Origin: Syntrophaceticus sp.
GTDB lineage: Bacteria > Bacillota > DSM-12270 > Thermacetogeniales > Thermacetogeniaceae
NCBI GenBank assembly: GCA_012842275.1
Contig: DUSK01000095.1
Coordinates: forward strand, 1-59,995
Direction: 5' to 3'
Length of the DNA: 59,995 nt
The position numbers were made by a program, and so were the translations under genes. Below, one piece after another: positions 35,058 through 44,610 of this stretch (positions are counted from its first letter, which is position 1; the number at the start of each line of letters is the position of its first letter). The notes under the pieces were generated by a model. It was not told where the DNA came from. It saw nothing but the letters and a program-made list of their open reading frames with translations, and did no database searches.

Positions 35058-36421
35058 CTGATCTCAACTCTTTAGTTCATCTGATTCAGGCCGATGGCTT
35101 AAATATTGTTTTTGATGTTAACAGCGGTTCTCTCTACACTGTTGATGAAATCGCCTGGCAGTTGTTGCTGAACTACCTGGACTGCGGTGACTGGGAACAG
35201 GCAAAAAAAAGAATGGGCAGGCTTGATCAGGAGGAAGTTGAACAAGCCTTTAATGAACTGCAGGAATTGATCAGTGAAGGGCTGCTCTTTTCCTCAGGTG
35301 AGCTATGGCCAGATTTTGTACCGGGCAAGGAGCTGGGGATTAAAGCCCTCTGTTTGAACATGGCCCATAACTGCAACTTGGCCTGCAGGTACTGTTTTGT
35401 GCCGGAAGATATTCGCTGTGAGGAGCAGATTATGCCCAGGGAAACCATTGTCAGGGCTTTGGATTTTTTGCTGGAGCATACACCTTATGAGTACCTCACA
35501 GTAGATTTTTTCGGGGGGGAGCCCCTGCTTAATTTTGAGGGGATCAAATTTGCGGTTGACTACGCTCTTAACCAGGGTAAGGAGAAAAAGTGGAAGTTTA
35601 CAGTGAGCACCAATACCCTTTTGCTTGGGGAAGAGGAGCTTTCCTTTTTTAAGGAACATAACTTCAGTTTTGTTTTGAGCTGTGATGGCAGGCCGGAAGT
35701 CCACGATTTATACCGGGTCACAGCCGGTGGCCATGGTAGTTCTGCAGTGGTAACCAGGCGGATCAAGGAGTTTCTGGAAAGAGGGGCAGCTGACGAGTAC
35801 TATATCAGGGGAACATTCACCAGAGATAACCTGGACTTTAGCAATGATGTTCTTTACCTGGCGGGCCTTGGCGCAAAGAGCATTTCAATGGAACCGGTTG
35901 TAGCACCGGAGCAGATGCCCTATGCCCTGAAAGAGGAGGATATCCCTGAACTGCAGGAGGAGTACTATAGATTGGCCCGGCTTTTGTGTGAACTGGAACG
36001 GAAGGGTTGTGGTGTAGACTTTTACCATTATAAGCTTGATCTGACAGGTGGCCCCTGTGTTGCCAAGCGTTTGACCGGGTGTGGTGCAGGCTACCACTAT
36101 TTGGCGGTTACTCCTGGGGGGGAGTTTTACCCTTGCCATCAATTGGTAGGTAACAGGGAATACCTGTTGGGTGATGTTGAGCAGGGCATTACCGCAGCTG
36201 AACTGCAGGAAAAATTTCGGGAGTCCCATATTTTCCGCAAAGAGGAGTGCTCCTCCTGTTGGGCACGGTTCTTATGCGGTGGTGGGTGCCATGCCCAGGC
36301 TATAATACAAGGGGGGAGTCTTCAGCAGCCTTCACCATTGGCCTGTGCTGTGATGCAGTCACGCCTTAATGGGGCACTTTATTATCTGGCGCTCAAGGAA
36401 AACACTGGGGAAACTGTTTAG
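35039..36421 (+). CDS. scfB: SCIFF radical SAM maturase (SPASM domain thioether-forming enzyme)
   Basis: CNLACRYCF (CxxxCxxC) radical SAM cluster and C-terminal SPASM Cys clusters (CGAG..YPCH, CSSCWARFLCGGGCHA). The only in-frame start is TTG 35039, which overlaps scfA by 19 nt. Confidence 0.9.
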   Translation: MQPQQITDLNSLVHLIQADGLNIVFDVNSGSLYTVDEIAWQLLLNYLDCGDWEQAKKRMGRLDQEEVEQAFNELQELISEGLLFSSGELWPDFVPGKELGIKALCLNMAHNCNLACRYCFVPEDIRCEEQIMPRETIVRALDFLLEHTPYEYLTVDFFGGEPLLNFEGIKFAVDYALNQGKEKKWKFTVSTNTLLLGEEELSFFKEHNFSFVLSCDGRPEVHDLYRVTAGGHGSSAVVTRRIKEFLERGAADEYYIRGTFTRDNLDFSNDVLYLAGLGAKSISMEPVVAPEQMPYALKEEDIPELQEEYYRLARLLCELERKGCGVDFYHYKLDLTGGPCVAKRLTGCGAGYHYLAVTPGGEFYPCHQLVGNREYLLGDVEQGITAAELQEKFRESHIFRKEECSSCWARFLCGGGCHAQAIIQGGSLQQPSPLACAVMQSRLNGALYYLALKENTGETV

Positions 36422-36443
36422 TTTAATTGTAGAAAAAAATAAA

Positions 36444-36468
36444 AGCAGCCCGATGGGGCTGCTTTTTT
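36444..36468 (+). terminator. rho-independent terminator after scfB
   Basis: AGCAGCCC-GATG-GGGCTGCT hairpin followed by a T6 run. Confidence 0.9.
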
Positions 36469-36617
36469 AGATCCAATTATAACATTTTGATGAAGGAATT
36501 ATATAATGGCTGTAGAACATTATATGTATTTATAAATAAAAAGAGCACGCCTAGAAGCAACATCATAATAGAGAGAGTTGCTCAGGTGTAAAACAGCTCA
36601 CAGCAAGGGGAGAAACC

Positions 36618-38162
36618 GTGGATACTAAAGAAAAGGAGAAAAAAGTATTTATTTCGTCGCGCCAACTTACTGATTGCCGAGAGTTTGTCTGTGCATCGCT
36701 CCACAAGCTAGGGCCATGGTGGATTGAGCGTTTCAACTGGATAAAAAGCGATCTGGGAAAGGGCAAAGATGCTTTCTGCCGTCTGTTGGATAATCTGCGG
36801 GCCGGCCAATGGAAGCCGGGCCGTAATTTTTGGAAAAGCCCATATCTGATTACTGCAGTTATTACCGGAATGGTAGTGGTGGGCAGTAATCTATACCTGC
36901 AAAAAAACCAGCTGGCTTGTGCTGCATACTATAACGGACAGAGGATTGCTGTTCTGGCCTCCCAGCAAGAGGCAGAAAAGGTTCTGGCCTGTTTTGAGCA
37001 GGAATTAGAAGAAACCATCGGCCAGGATGTTTTTTTAAATGAGTCTGTTCAGTTTAAGATGTGTATGGTGCCCAGGAGTGAGGTAAAGTCTGCGGACTAT
37101 TATGAAACCATCCTCAGACAGCTTCCCTGGACTGCTGATGGCGTGGAACTGTGTGTAGATGATCAGCCTATACTGGTATTGGCCTCTCAGGAAATCGGGG
37201 AGGAACTCCTTGAGCGCTATCAAAATGCTGTTATCCCGGATGAAAGCAAAGAAACCATCGAATCTGTCCGCTTTGAGGGGAAAATTACTTTCCGTAACAA
37301 GCAGGTAGCAGTAAAGGAGATAGTACCCCTGAAGGATGCCCTTCAGCTGCTGATGGGAGGGGGACTGAAGGAAAAGACCTATATTGTGCAGGAAGGGGAT
37401 ACCCTCTGGGATATTGCGGCAAAGCACAACCTGCAGGTTGATGAACTGCTTCTGGCCAATGCACACCTCACAGCTGAAAATTTGAAACCGGGACAGGAGA
37501 TAAAGCTAACCGCTGTTGAACCACTGCTCAAAGTGGTGATCACCAGCCATTTGGTTACCAAAGAGCTTCTCCCTTATGAAACCAAAACAAAATATGATTC
37601 CAATCTTGACAGCGGCAAAACCAAGGTTGTTCAAGAAGGTAAAAACGGAGAGGCCAGGGTGGTTTACCGTATTGTGCGGGAGAACAGCAGGATAGTGAAA
37701 AAACTGGAGATTGAGCGCACTGTTGTAAAAGAGCCTGAAGCAAAGGTTGTGGCCAAAGGCACCCGTACTATGCTGGCTAGCAGGGGCACCGGCGGCGGTA
37801 CACTCCGCTGGCCTGTAGGTGGGGTGATCACCTCCCGCTACGGCTACCGGGGAAGAGAGTTTCATTCAGGTCTCGATATCGGAGCAAATTATGGTGCTGC
37901 AGTAGGAGCGGCTGCAGCTGGGCGTGTTACATCAGCCGGATGGCAGGGGAACTACGGCTATATGGTGACCATCGATCATGGTGGGGGGTTGGTTACACGC
38001 TATGCCCATCTTTCTCAGATTAATGTGAGCGTTGGCCAGAGTGTGAGCAGTGGACAGATTATCGGTCGGGTTGGCACAACCGGTAGGGCTACAGGGCCTC
38101 ACCTGCACTTTGAGGTTTTGGCCAATGGTTCCCATAGAAATCCGTTAAACTATCTGCGTTAA
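36618..38162 (+). CDS. LysM + G5 + M23 (LytM) peptidoglycan metalloendopeptidase
   Basis: GTG start. LysM (YIVQEGDTLWDIAAKHNLQVDELLLAN..PGQEIKL), G5-like segment (KTKVVQEGKNGEARVVYRIV) and M23 motifs (FHSGLDI, GPHLHFEV). Confidence 0.85.
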   Translation: MDTKEKEKKVFISSRQLTDCREFVCASLHKLGPWWIERFNWIKSDLGKGKDAFCRLLDNLRAGQWKPGRNFWKSPYLITAVITGMVVVGSNLYLQKNQLACAAYYNGQRIAVLASQQEAEKVLACFEQELEETIGQDVFLNESVQFKMCMVPRSEVKSADYYETILRQLPWTADGVELCVDDQPILVLASQEIGEELLERYQNAVIPDESKETIESVRFEGKITFRNKQVAVKEIVPLKDALQLLMGGGLKEKTYIVQEGDTLWDIAAKHNLQVDELLLANAHLTAENLKPGQEIKLTAVEPLLKVVITSHLVTKELLPYETKTKYDSNLDSGKTKVVQEGKNGEARVVYRIVRENSRIVKKLEIERTVVKEPEAKVVAKGTRTMLASRGTGGGTLRWPVGGVITSRYGYRGREFHSGLDIGANYGAAVGAAAAGRVTSAGWQGNYGYMVTIDHGGGLVTRYAHLSQINVSVGQSVSSGQIIGRVGTTGRATGPHLHFEVLANGSHRNPLNYLR

Positions 38163-38266
38163 CATTTATGCAGGATCGGTGCAGCAGTTGCCGCCCTTAC
38201 CCGGGTTTTTGTGTTATAATGCTTTAGGTGGATATGCTTGTTTGCATTTTAACCTGGGAGGCGATC

Positions 38267-38920
38267 GTGGTGTCAGCACTGCGCAAACAGCGGCCTATTG
38301 TAAAAATAGGGCTTTGGGTCCTGGTAGCGATGATTGTAGTGGGGCTTTTGGGAACAACTGTGGCCTGGTATTTAGATGATGCAAAGAAAATAAAACCATC
38401 TGATAGTTCTACTTCTTCAACAGAAACAGAGAAAGGGGATCTCCTTTCCCTTGAACTGAAAGAACAAGAGGAGTTAAGGAAGCAGTATGAAGGCCTGCGG
38501 GCCAGTAACCCTGATGATCCCGCTGTTCTGACCGGTTCTGCCAGGGTAGAACTGACCCTGGGAGCCCTTTATCTGCAGGATGACAATAAAGAAAAGGGAA
38601 TAGAGGCATTCCAGCGGGCAGTGGGGTTTTACCAGCAGGTTTTGGAACAGCAGGAGGACCCGGAACTGCGCCTGGAGTTGTCCAGTGCTTACCAGTATAT
38701 GGATGATTATGAAAAGGCACAGGCAGAGCTGGAGACGGTTTTGGCCCAGAACCCCGGGAATATAAAGGCTTTGACCCAGTTGGGTATGCTCTTAGAGGCC
38801 AAGGAGGACTGGAAGGGCGCACTGGAGATTTGGGAGAAGGTGGCATCTTTAGATGATATTGAAGAGCTTACCAGGGAATTCGCCAAATCTCGCATTGAAG
38901 AAATAAAAAAGAAGAACTAG
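38267..38920 (+). CDS. membrane-anchored tetratricopeptide repeat protein
   Basis: Track ORF 38228-38920; GTG 38267/38270 follows GGGAGG. One TM helix, then TPR-like helices (LGALYLQDDNKEKGIEAFQRAV, AYQYMDDYEKAQAELETVLAQNP). Confidence 0.7.
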   Translation: MVSALRKQRPIVKIGLWVLVAMIVVGLLGTTVAWYLDDAKKIKPSDSSTSSTETEKGDLLSLELKEQEELRKQYEGLRASNPDDPAVLTGSARVELTLGALYLQDDNKEKGIEAFQRAVGFYQQVLEQQEDPELRLELSSAYQYMDDYEKAQAELETVLAQNPGNIKALTQLGMLLEAKEDWKGALEIWEKVASLDDIEELTREFAKSRIEEIKKKN

Positions 38921-38933
38921 AGAGTGATTAATA

Positions 38934-38967
38934 AAAGCCAGCTATAAATCAGGGCTGGCTTTTTTTG
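38934..38967 (+). terminator. rho-independent terminator
   Basis: AAGCCAGC..GCTGGCTT hairpin followed by a T7 run. Confidence 0.8.
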
Positions 38968-39021
38968 TTTCTTAAAACGCCTCCTCCTTCATGTATAATT
39001 GATGAAAGAGGAGGACTGGAG

Positions 39022-39855
39022 ATGGAGCGTTTAGTTGCGATCCTGATCATTTTCTGTTTATTGCTGTTATTCACAATACCCAACTCTGTTTATATTTTGG
39101 GAACCGGCTTTGTACATGCTGTTCATCAGCTATTATTTGCCTGGGAAACCAGGGCTTGGGATACAGTAGAGAGCGACCATTTTTTGGTTAAATACCGGCA
39201 GGGAGATGAGGAGATCGCTTTGTTGACCTTAAAAGAAGCGGAACGAGTGTACTGTCCTTTAGGCCAGTACTTCGGTTGTTTTCCCGATAAAAAAGTCCCG
39301 ATAGCTATCTATCAAGACAAGGCTTCTTTAAACAGGGTTTTCGGTTGGGGAAGTGATGAAGGGGCTATGGGTGTGTACTGGTCTGGAGTGATCAGGCTTC
39401 TTTCTCCTGATGAATGGCTTGATGAAATGCCCTCAAAAGAGCGGGAGGCTTTATTCCGCCAGCAGGGGCCCATTGCCCATGAGTATATCCACTTCTTGGT
39501 TGATTATCAAACCCGGGGCAACTACCCCCGCTGGCTGACCGAGGGATTAGCTCAGTACGGAGAGAAAAAGCTGGCAGGTGTCCAAACAGAGGAGGGTGTG
39601 GATCTACCCTTGCGGTTCTCCCTTGACGAACTGAACAAGAACTTTGACGATTCCCAATGGCAGGACTATTGTTATGCGGTATCAGAGGACCTGGTGGGAT
39701 TTCTGATCAAAAATTATGGCTCAGATAAAGTTCCTCTCCTGCTCAATGAATTGGGGCGGGGAGCTGATCTTGATAAATCTTTCAATAGGGTCTATTGTAT
39801 GGACACCCGTGGTTTTCTTGAACAATATGAGAGCAGAATTAAACAGAATGTATAA
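39022..39855 (+). CDS. membrane-anchored peptidase MA-like zinc metalloprotease
   Basis: ATG 39022 after GAGGAGGA (the track start 38965 is rejected). TM anchor. HEYIH (HExxH) plus a downstream WLTEGLAQY glutamate, as in the Peptidase_MA_2 type. Confidence 0.65.
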   Translation: MERLVAILIIFCLLLLFTIPNSVYILGTGFVHAVHQLLFAWETRAWDTVESDHFLVKYRQGDEEIALLTLKEAERVYCPLGQYFGCFPDKKVPIAIYQDKASLNRVFGWGSDEGAMGVYWSGVIRLLSPDEWLDEMPSKEREALFRQQGPIAHEYIHFLVDYQTRGNYPRWLTEGLAQYGEKKLAGVQTEEGVDLPLRFSLDELNKNFDDSQWQDYCYAVSEDLVGFLIKNYGSDKVPLLLNELGRGADLDKSFNRVYCMDTRGFLEQYESRIKQNV

Positions 39856-40018
39856 AATATGTAATTAATGCTTTAAAATAGTTTTAAAGGAAAGAGAGGA
39901 ATATTTATCTCTTAATAGAATAAAGTACGAGAAAAGGGTGTGATTTTGCAAGAGTACTGCTGTTGAATCGGAATCTGTTATCATACAAGACTTCACTATA
40001 TATATTGGGGGAAAGATC

Positions 40019-41356
40019 ATGAAATTAGTTGTTCAGGGTGGCACACCGCTTAAGGGTAGGGTCCGGATCAGTGGAGCAAAAAACTCTTCACTGGTACTGA
40101 TCGCTGCTAGTGCTATCAGCAGTGGAGAGGTTATTCTTGATAATGTACCGAGAATTGCTGATGTAAAAACCCAGTTGGAGATTGTGCGTGTACTTGGTGG
40201 TCAGGCTGTTTGGGAAGGGAAAAATACCCTGCGTCTAAAGTGGCCTGGGCGGCTGAACTGCGAAATTCCATACAGCTTGGCCAAAAAAATTAGGGCTTCC
40301 AATCTGTTTCTGGGTGCTCTGGCAGCTAAAAGAGGACGGGTCAAAATACCTCTTCCCGGCGGCTGCAATATCGGGTCCAGGCCAATGGATCTGCATCTCA
40401 AAGGCCTCAGCATGCTTGGCTTTGATGTTAGTTTGGAACATGGTTTTATTGAAGCCATTCCCAAAAATGTTGAGGGTTGCACGATTTACCTGGACTTTCC
40501 CAGTGTAGGGGCAACTGAGAATATTATGATGGCAGCAGCTGGTGCACCGGGCACTACTGTCATCGAAAACGCGGCTAAAGAACCGGAAATAGTTGATCTG
40601 GCCAATTTTTTAAATGCCATGGGAGGAAAGGTGCGCGGGGCTGGTACTGATGTGATCAGAATTGATGGAACGCAAGAGTTTCAAGGAACCAGATTCAGTG
40701 TTATACCGGACCGCATTGAAGCGGGAACCTATATGATCGCGGCCGGGGTGAGCGGCGGAGAAGTGACAGTGGAAAATGTGATTGTTAAGCACCTGCAGCC
40801 TGTGATAGCAAAACTTCAGGATGTGGGGCTTGAAGTAGAGGCTAATGAAGACAAAATAACAGTGAGACGGGTGGGGGAGCTGACCGCAACCGATATTAAA
40901 ACACTCCCTTACCCTGGTTTTCCCACAGACCTGCAGTCTCCTATGATGGTTCTCCTTGCTCTGGCCAAAGGTACAAGTGTGATCGTAGAAAATGTCTTTG
41001 AAAACCGCTTTCAGGTGGCAGATGAACTAAAGCGCATGGGTGCCAAAATACAGGTTAAAGGTCACTCTGCTGTGATAGAAGGTGTTGAACATCTTTCCGG
41101 TGCCCAGGTGAAGGCGTCGGATCTGCGGGCAGGGGCCTCCCTGCTGCTGGCAGGGTTTGCTGCTCAGGGTGAAACAGAAATCTCAGCTGCTGAATTGATC
41201 ACCAGGGGTTATGAAGCGGTAGTGGGCAAATTCAGCAATATGGGTGCTAAGATCAAGGTATTGACTGAGGAAGGTGACGGTCTGGGAATTTGTGCTGGCC
41301 TTACAGGTTTTGAAGAAGACCAAGGCAATGATCAGACCGGATGCGCCAGTTCCTGA
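40019..41356 (+). CDS. murA: UDP-N-acetylglucosamine 1-carboxyvinyltransferase
   Basis: L.G.V.ISGAKNS.L, GGC.IG.RP.DLHLKGL (active-site Cys) and FPTDLQ motifs, with a ~25-aa C-terminal extension. Confidence 0.95.
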   Translation: MKLVVQGGTPLKGRVRISGAKNSSLVLIAASAISSGEVILDNVPRIADVKTQLEIVRVLGGQAVWEGKNTLRLKWPGRLNCEIPYSLAKKIRASNLFLGALAAKRGRVKIPLPGGCNIGSRPMDLHLKGLSMLGFDVSLEHGFIEAIPKNVEGCTIYLDFPSVGATENIMMAAAGAPGTTVIENAAKEPEIVDLANFLNAMGGKVRGAGTDVIRIDGTQEFQGTRFSVIPDRIEAGTYMIAAGVSGGEVTVENVIVKHLQPVIAKLQDVGLEVEANEDKITVRRVGELTATDIKTLPYPGFPTDLQSPMMVLLALAKGTSVIVENVFENRFQVADELKRMGAKIQVKGHSAVIEGVEHLSGAQVKASDLRAGASLLLAGFAAQGETEISAAELITRGYEAVVGKFSNMGAKIKVLTEEGDGLGICAGLTGFEEDQGNDQTGCASS

Positions 41357-41387
41357 TTTTATAATAAAGGGAAGGATGAACTAGGAG

Positions 41388-41912
41388 ATGACCGGAACCG
41401 TTATGTCCATAATTGCGGGACTGGCCAGAAGCCGCTTGTTTTGTCTGGCAGCAGTGACCGGCATACTGTTATGGGGAGGGCTGCGTTTTCTGCCGCTGCT
41501 TTCCAGTGACCGTTTTATCTTATCCAGTTTGCTCAGTGTGGTTTGTACCCAGGGAATGAAACCTTTTACCATCAAAGGGAAGGGGATCTCCTGGCGTAAG
41601 CTGTTTCAGTGCGGTGGAATGCCCAGTTCCCATTCAGCTGTTGCTGCTGCTCTCACCACTGCACTTGGTCTGGAGTATGGCTGGACTTCTTCTCTCTTTC
41701 AGCTCAGTGCAGTACTGGGCGGTATAGTTATTTACGATTCTTTCACTCTGAGGAGAATGGTAGGGGAGCATTCCCGCATCCTCGGTGAATTGCTGCGGGA
41801 AAAATCCAAGCATTTTCCCCTTTTAGGGGAAAAGATGGGTCATACACCTCTTGAGGCCACATGTGGTGCCCTTTGTGGTGTTCTTTGTGCACTGCTTGTG
41901 GTTTATATGTAG
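41388..41912 (+). CDS. divergent PAP2 family membrane protein (YuiD/DUF212-like)
   Basis: GGMPSSHSAVAAAL and the following RR.VGEH region are typical of the acid phosphatase/vanadium-haloperoxidase-related DUF212 family. Confidence 0.7.
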   Translation: MTGTVMSIIAGLARSRLFCLAAVTGILLWGGLRFLPLLSSDRFILSSLLSVVCTQGMKPFTIKGKGISWRKLFQCGGMPSSHSAVAAALTTALGLEYGWTSSLFQLSAVLGGIVIYDSFTLRRMVGEHSRILGELLREKSKHFPLLGEKMGHTPLEATCGALCGVLCALLVVYM

Positions 41913-41969
41913 GGTCCGCTTGCGGGGGCAGTGCTCAGGAATGGGAATGATGTTTTACAGGGGGATTAT

Positions 41970-42608
41970 ATGATAACTACCAGTGAAATAGGCTTCCATT
42001 TGCCGGGCTTAGACCTATCCTTGGAGATCGTCGCCAATGTAGAGGATCTGGTCACGGACCCGGAGGATGATGACCAGATCCCTTATTGGGCAGAACTCTG
42101 GCCTGCCGCCCGGGGGCTCGCCCAGTATATTTGGGAGAGGATCGATTTTCAGGGTGCCACCGTCCTGGAACTGGGAGCCGGCCTGGGGCTGCCTGGTCTG
42201 GTCGCCGCTTTAAAGGGCGGTTTGGTCACTTTTTCTGATTACAAAAGGGAATCGCTGGACATTATCGCCAGGAATGCGCAGCGCAATGGGATCCGGCATG
42301 CTGCTTATCTGCTGGCTGACTGGCGTGATTTCCGGTGTGACAAGAAATTTGATTGGATTATCGGCTCTGATGTGCTGTACAATCCCAGCTTAAACCCCTA
42401 TGTTGCCCGTATTCTGGAGCGCAACTTGGCAAAAGGGGGACAGCTGCTTTTTGCCCATCCCTCCCGTCCGGTTACTATGAGGTTTCTTGACGAGATAAAG
42501 GGATCTTTAGGCCTGAAAGAGGAAAAAACCGTTCAGTTGGTTACTGTAAAGGAAGCAGGTGTGCCTGAATTCAATCAGGGGATAGATATTCATCATTTAA
42601 CAAAATAA
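41970..42608 (+). CDS. class I SAM-dependent methyltransferase
   Basis: ATG 41970 after AGGGGGA. VLELGAGLGLPGL motif I and FSDY motif II. Confidence 0.7.
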   Translation: MITTSEIGFHLPGLDLSLEIVANVEDLVTDPEDDDQIPYWAELWPAARGLAQYIWERIDFQGATVLELGAGLGLPGLVAALKGGLVTFSDYKRESLDIIARNAQRNGIRHAAYLLADWRDFRCDKKFDWIIGSDVLYNPSLNPYVARILERNLAKGGQLLFAHPSRPVTMRFLDEIKGSLGLKEEKTVQLVTVKEAGVPEFNQGIDIHHLTK

Positions 42609-42625
42609 CAGATCCGGTGTTGTAG

Positions 42626-43096
42626 ATGCACTTTTTCATCATTGCTGTGGGGCAGATGAAGGAACCCTTTTATCTTGCTGCCCAGGAGGAATACTGCAAA
42701 AGGCTGAGCAGATATGCTCGGGTCACTATCCAGGAGGTTGCTGATGACCCTGTTCCTCGGGGGGAGAAGGACCGCCTCAATGTTAAAGAACGCCAGGGTG
42801 AAAGGCTGTTGAAAAAGGCACCCGGCTGTTTTTCTGTTGCTGTGGACCCCCGCGGAAAGGCCCTTTCTTCTGAGGAGTTGGCTTCCTGGTTGGGTGAGCA
42901 GTTTAATTCGGGAAGAGGGGATATCGCCTTTTTCCTGGGGGGTACCCTGGGCTTGCCTGATTCTGTTCTGCAGCAAGCTGATTATGTCCTTTCCTTATCC
43001 CGCCTCACTTTCCCCCATCAGCTGGCCCGGATAATTGTATTGGAACAGTTGTACAGGGCCTTGCGCATCCTCAATCATGAACCCTACCATTATTAA
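42626..43096 (+). CDS. rlmH: 23S rRNA (pseudouridine1915-N3)-methyltransferase (SPOUT)
   Basis: 156 aa. MHFFIIAVGQMK..Y.KRL and the C-terminal FFLGG..G..SLS.LTFPHQLARIIL.EQLYRA are canonical RlmH. Confidence 0.9.
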   Translation: MHFFIIAVGQMKEPFYLAAQEEYCKRLSRYARVTIQEVADDPVPRGEKDRLNVKERQGERLLKKAPGCFSVAVDPRGKALSSEELASWLGEQFNSGRGDIAFFLGGTLGLPDSVLQQADYVLSLSRLTFPHQLARIIVLEQLYRALRILNHEPYHY

Positions 43097-43212
43097 TTTC
43101 CCTAAACAGGAACTCTCTCCTTTTGACCCCATAATTATTATAATATGTCTTCACTGGAAGGGTTTTCTGTTCTCTTGTCGAATATGCCAATTTTAGATGA
43201 TCGTGGAAAGGG

Positions 43213-44610
43213 ATGGCTGAATTGGCGAAAATCTGCACAGGGATCAAGGGTTTTGACAGCCTGTTTGATGGTGGGATCCTGGAAGGCAGCACAGTTCTGG
43301 TTGAGGGCATGCCTGGGGCAGGGAAGACCACTTTGGGTATGGAATTCATCTACCGGGGGATCCAGGAATATGGTGACCCCGGGCTGATCATAACCTTTGA
43401 ACAGTTCCCAGAAACGCTCTACCGGGATGCTTTGAGTTTGGGATGGGACCTGCAGGCATTAGAAAAGGAGAACAGACTGAGGGTCATCTGTACATCACCT
43501 GAAGTTATCCTCTTTCCTGAATCCAATTTCTTAGAGCAGGTGGTTAAGGAAACAGCTGCCAAAAGGGTGTTGGTGGATAGTATTTCTCATTTTTATCAGG
43601 TGGTGCATCACTCCCTGAAACTGAGGCAGTCTTTTTACTCTTTCTGTAACTGCCTTCACCGGCTCCGCTTAACCTCCTTTCTGGTCAAAGAGTTGGAACA
43701 GGATAAGGAAAATCTCCATTCATTTGAAGAGTTTTTGGTAGATATCGTAGTGCGCCTCCACTATGATGCCAGGGATGGACTGAAGCGCCAGCGCACAATT
43801 GAGGTAATAAAAAGCCGCGGCCAATCTCACCTTTCCGGTAGGCACGGTTTTCAAATAAAAAAAGGGGGTACCCGAGTTTTCCCCTTTAGTTATCTGCCAG
43901 ACATTAGTGGCGGCAATTCCAAGGAATGTATACCCACAGGGATCAATGGATTAGATTTTTTATTAGGGAAGGGACTGCCTCGGGGAACTACTGTCCTTGT
44001 AGCCGGAGAGACCGGAACCGGAAAATCAGTGCTGGGGCTTGAGTATTTGGTCAAAGGGGCACAACTCTTTCAGGATAAGGGGCTTTATGTTTCCCTGGAG
44101 GAACCGCCGGATAGAATCTTAATGATGGCTGCAGCATTCTCCTATAAGCTGGATGCCCTGATTGAGGAGGGCAGTATACAGCTCATGTTCAGGCCGTTTT
44201 TGAATACCCATCCCGATGAGCTGTGGGTCGAACTGACCGATAAGATTAAGGAATACGGGATCAAACGCCTTGTTCTGGACCCGCTGCCTGCGCTGATCAG
44301 CCGCATTGGAGATCCCTATGTGCTGCGGGAGAGGATCTATTATCTGACAACCTATCTGAATATGCTGGGGTGCACCTCTTTTCTCCTTTATTCGTTAGAC
44401 AATAATGGAAATGACCGTCAGTTCGGTATTGTCCAGTCCGTGGTTCAGGGGAGTGTGATTCTAAAATACTGTTGGTTTCAGAACAGGAGACAGCGGCAAC
44501 TGGAGATCCACAAACTGCGGGGAGGCAGCCATATCACCGGGAATCATTTAATGGAGATCACTAAAAAGGGCATACAGATCTTCCCCAATCCGGGAGGTTT
44601 AAGAACATGA
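43213..44610 (+). CDS. KaiC-like double RecA-domain ATPase
   Basis: Two tandem domains, each with TGIxGxDxL, a Walker A (GMPGAGKTT; GETGTGKSV), a post-P-loop acidic pair (TFEQ; SLEE), a Walker B (RVLVDSIS; RLVLDPLP) and a K.RG..H motif (VIKSRGQSH; IHKLRGGSH). Confidence 0.85.
   Translation: MAELAKICTGIKGFDSLFDGGILEGSTVLVEGMPGAGKTTLGMEFIYRGIQEYGDPGLIITFEQFPETLYRDALSLGWDLQALEKENRLRVICTSPEVILFPESNFLEQVVKETAAKRVLVDSISHFYQVVHHSLKLRQSFYSFCNCLHRLRLTSFLVKELEQDKENLHSFEEFLVDIVVRLHYDARDGLKRQRTIEVIKSRGQSHLSGRHGFQIKKGGTRVFPFSYLPDISGGNSKECIPTGINGLDFLLGKGLPRGTTVLVAGETGTGKSVLGLEYLVKGAQLFQDKGLYVSLEEPPDRILMMAAAFSYKLDALIEEGSIQLMFRPFLNTHPDELWVELTDKIKEYGIKRLVLDPLPALISRIGDPYVLRERIYYLTTYLNMLGCTSFLLYSLDNNGNDRQFGIVQSVVQGSVILKYCWFQNRRQRQLEIHKLRGGSHITGNHLMEITKKGIQIFPNPGGLRT

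Noticed and set aside
42593-42976. 127-aa minus-strand ORF
   Set aside because: It is antisense to rlmH, which has an unmistakable SPOUT/RlmH sequence.
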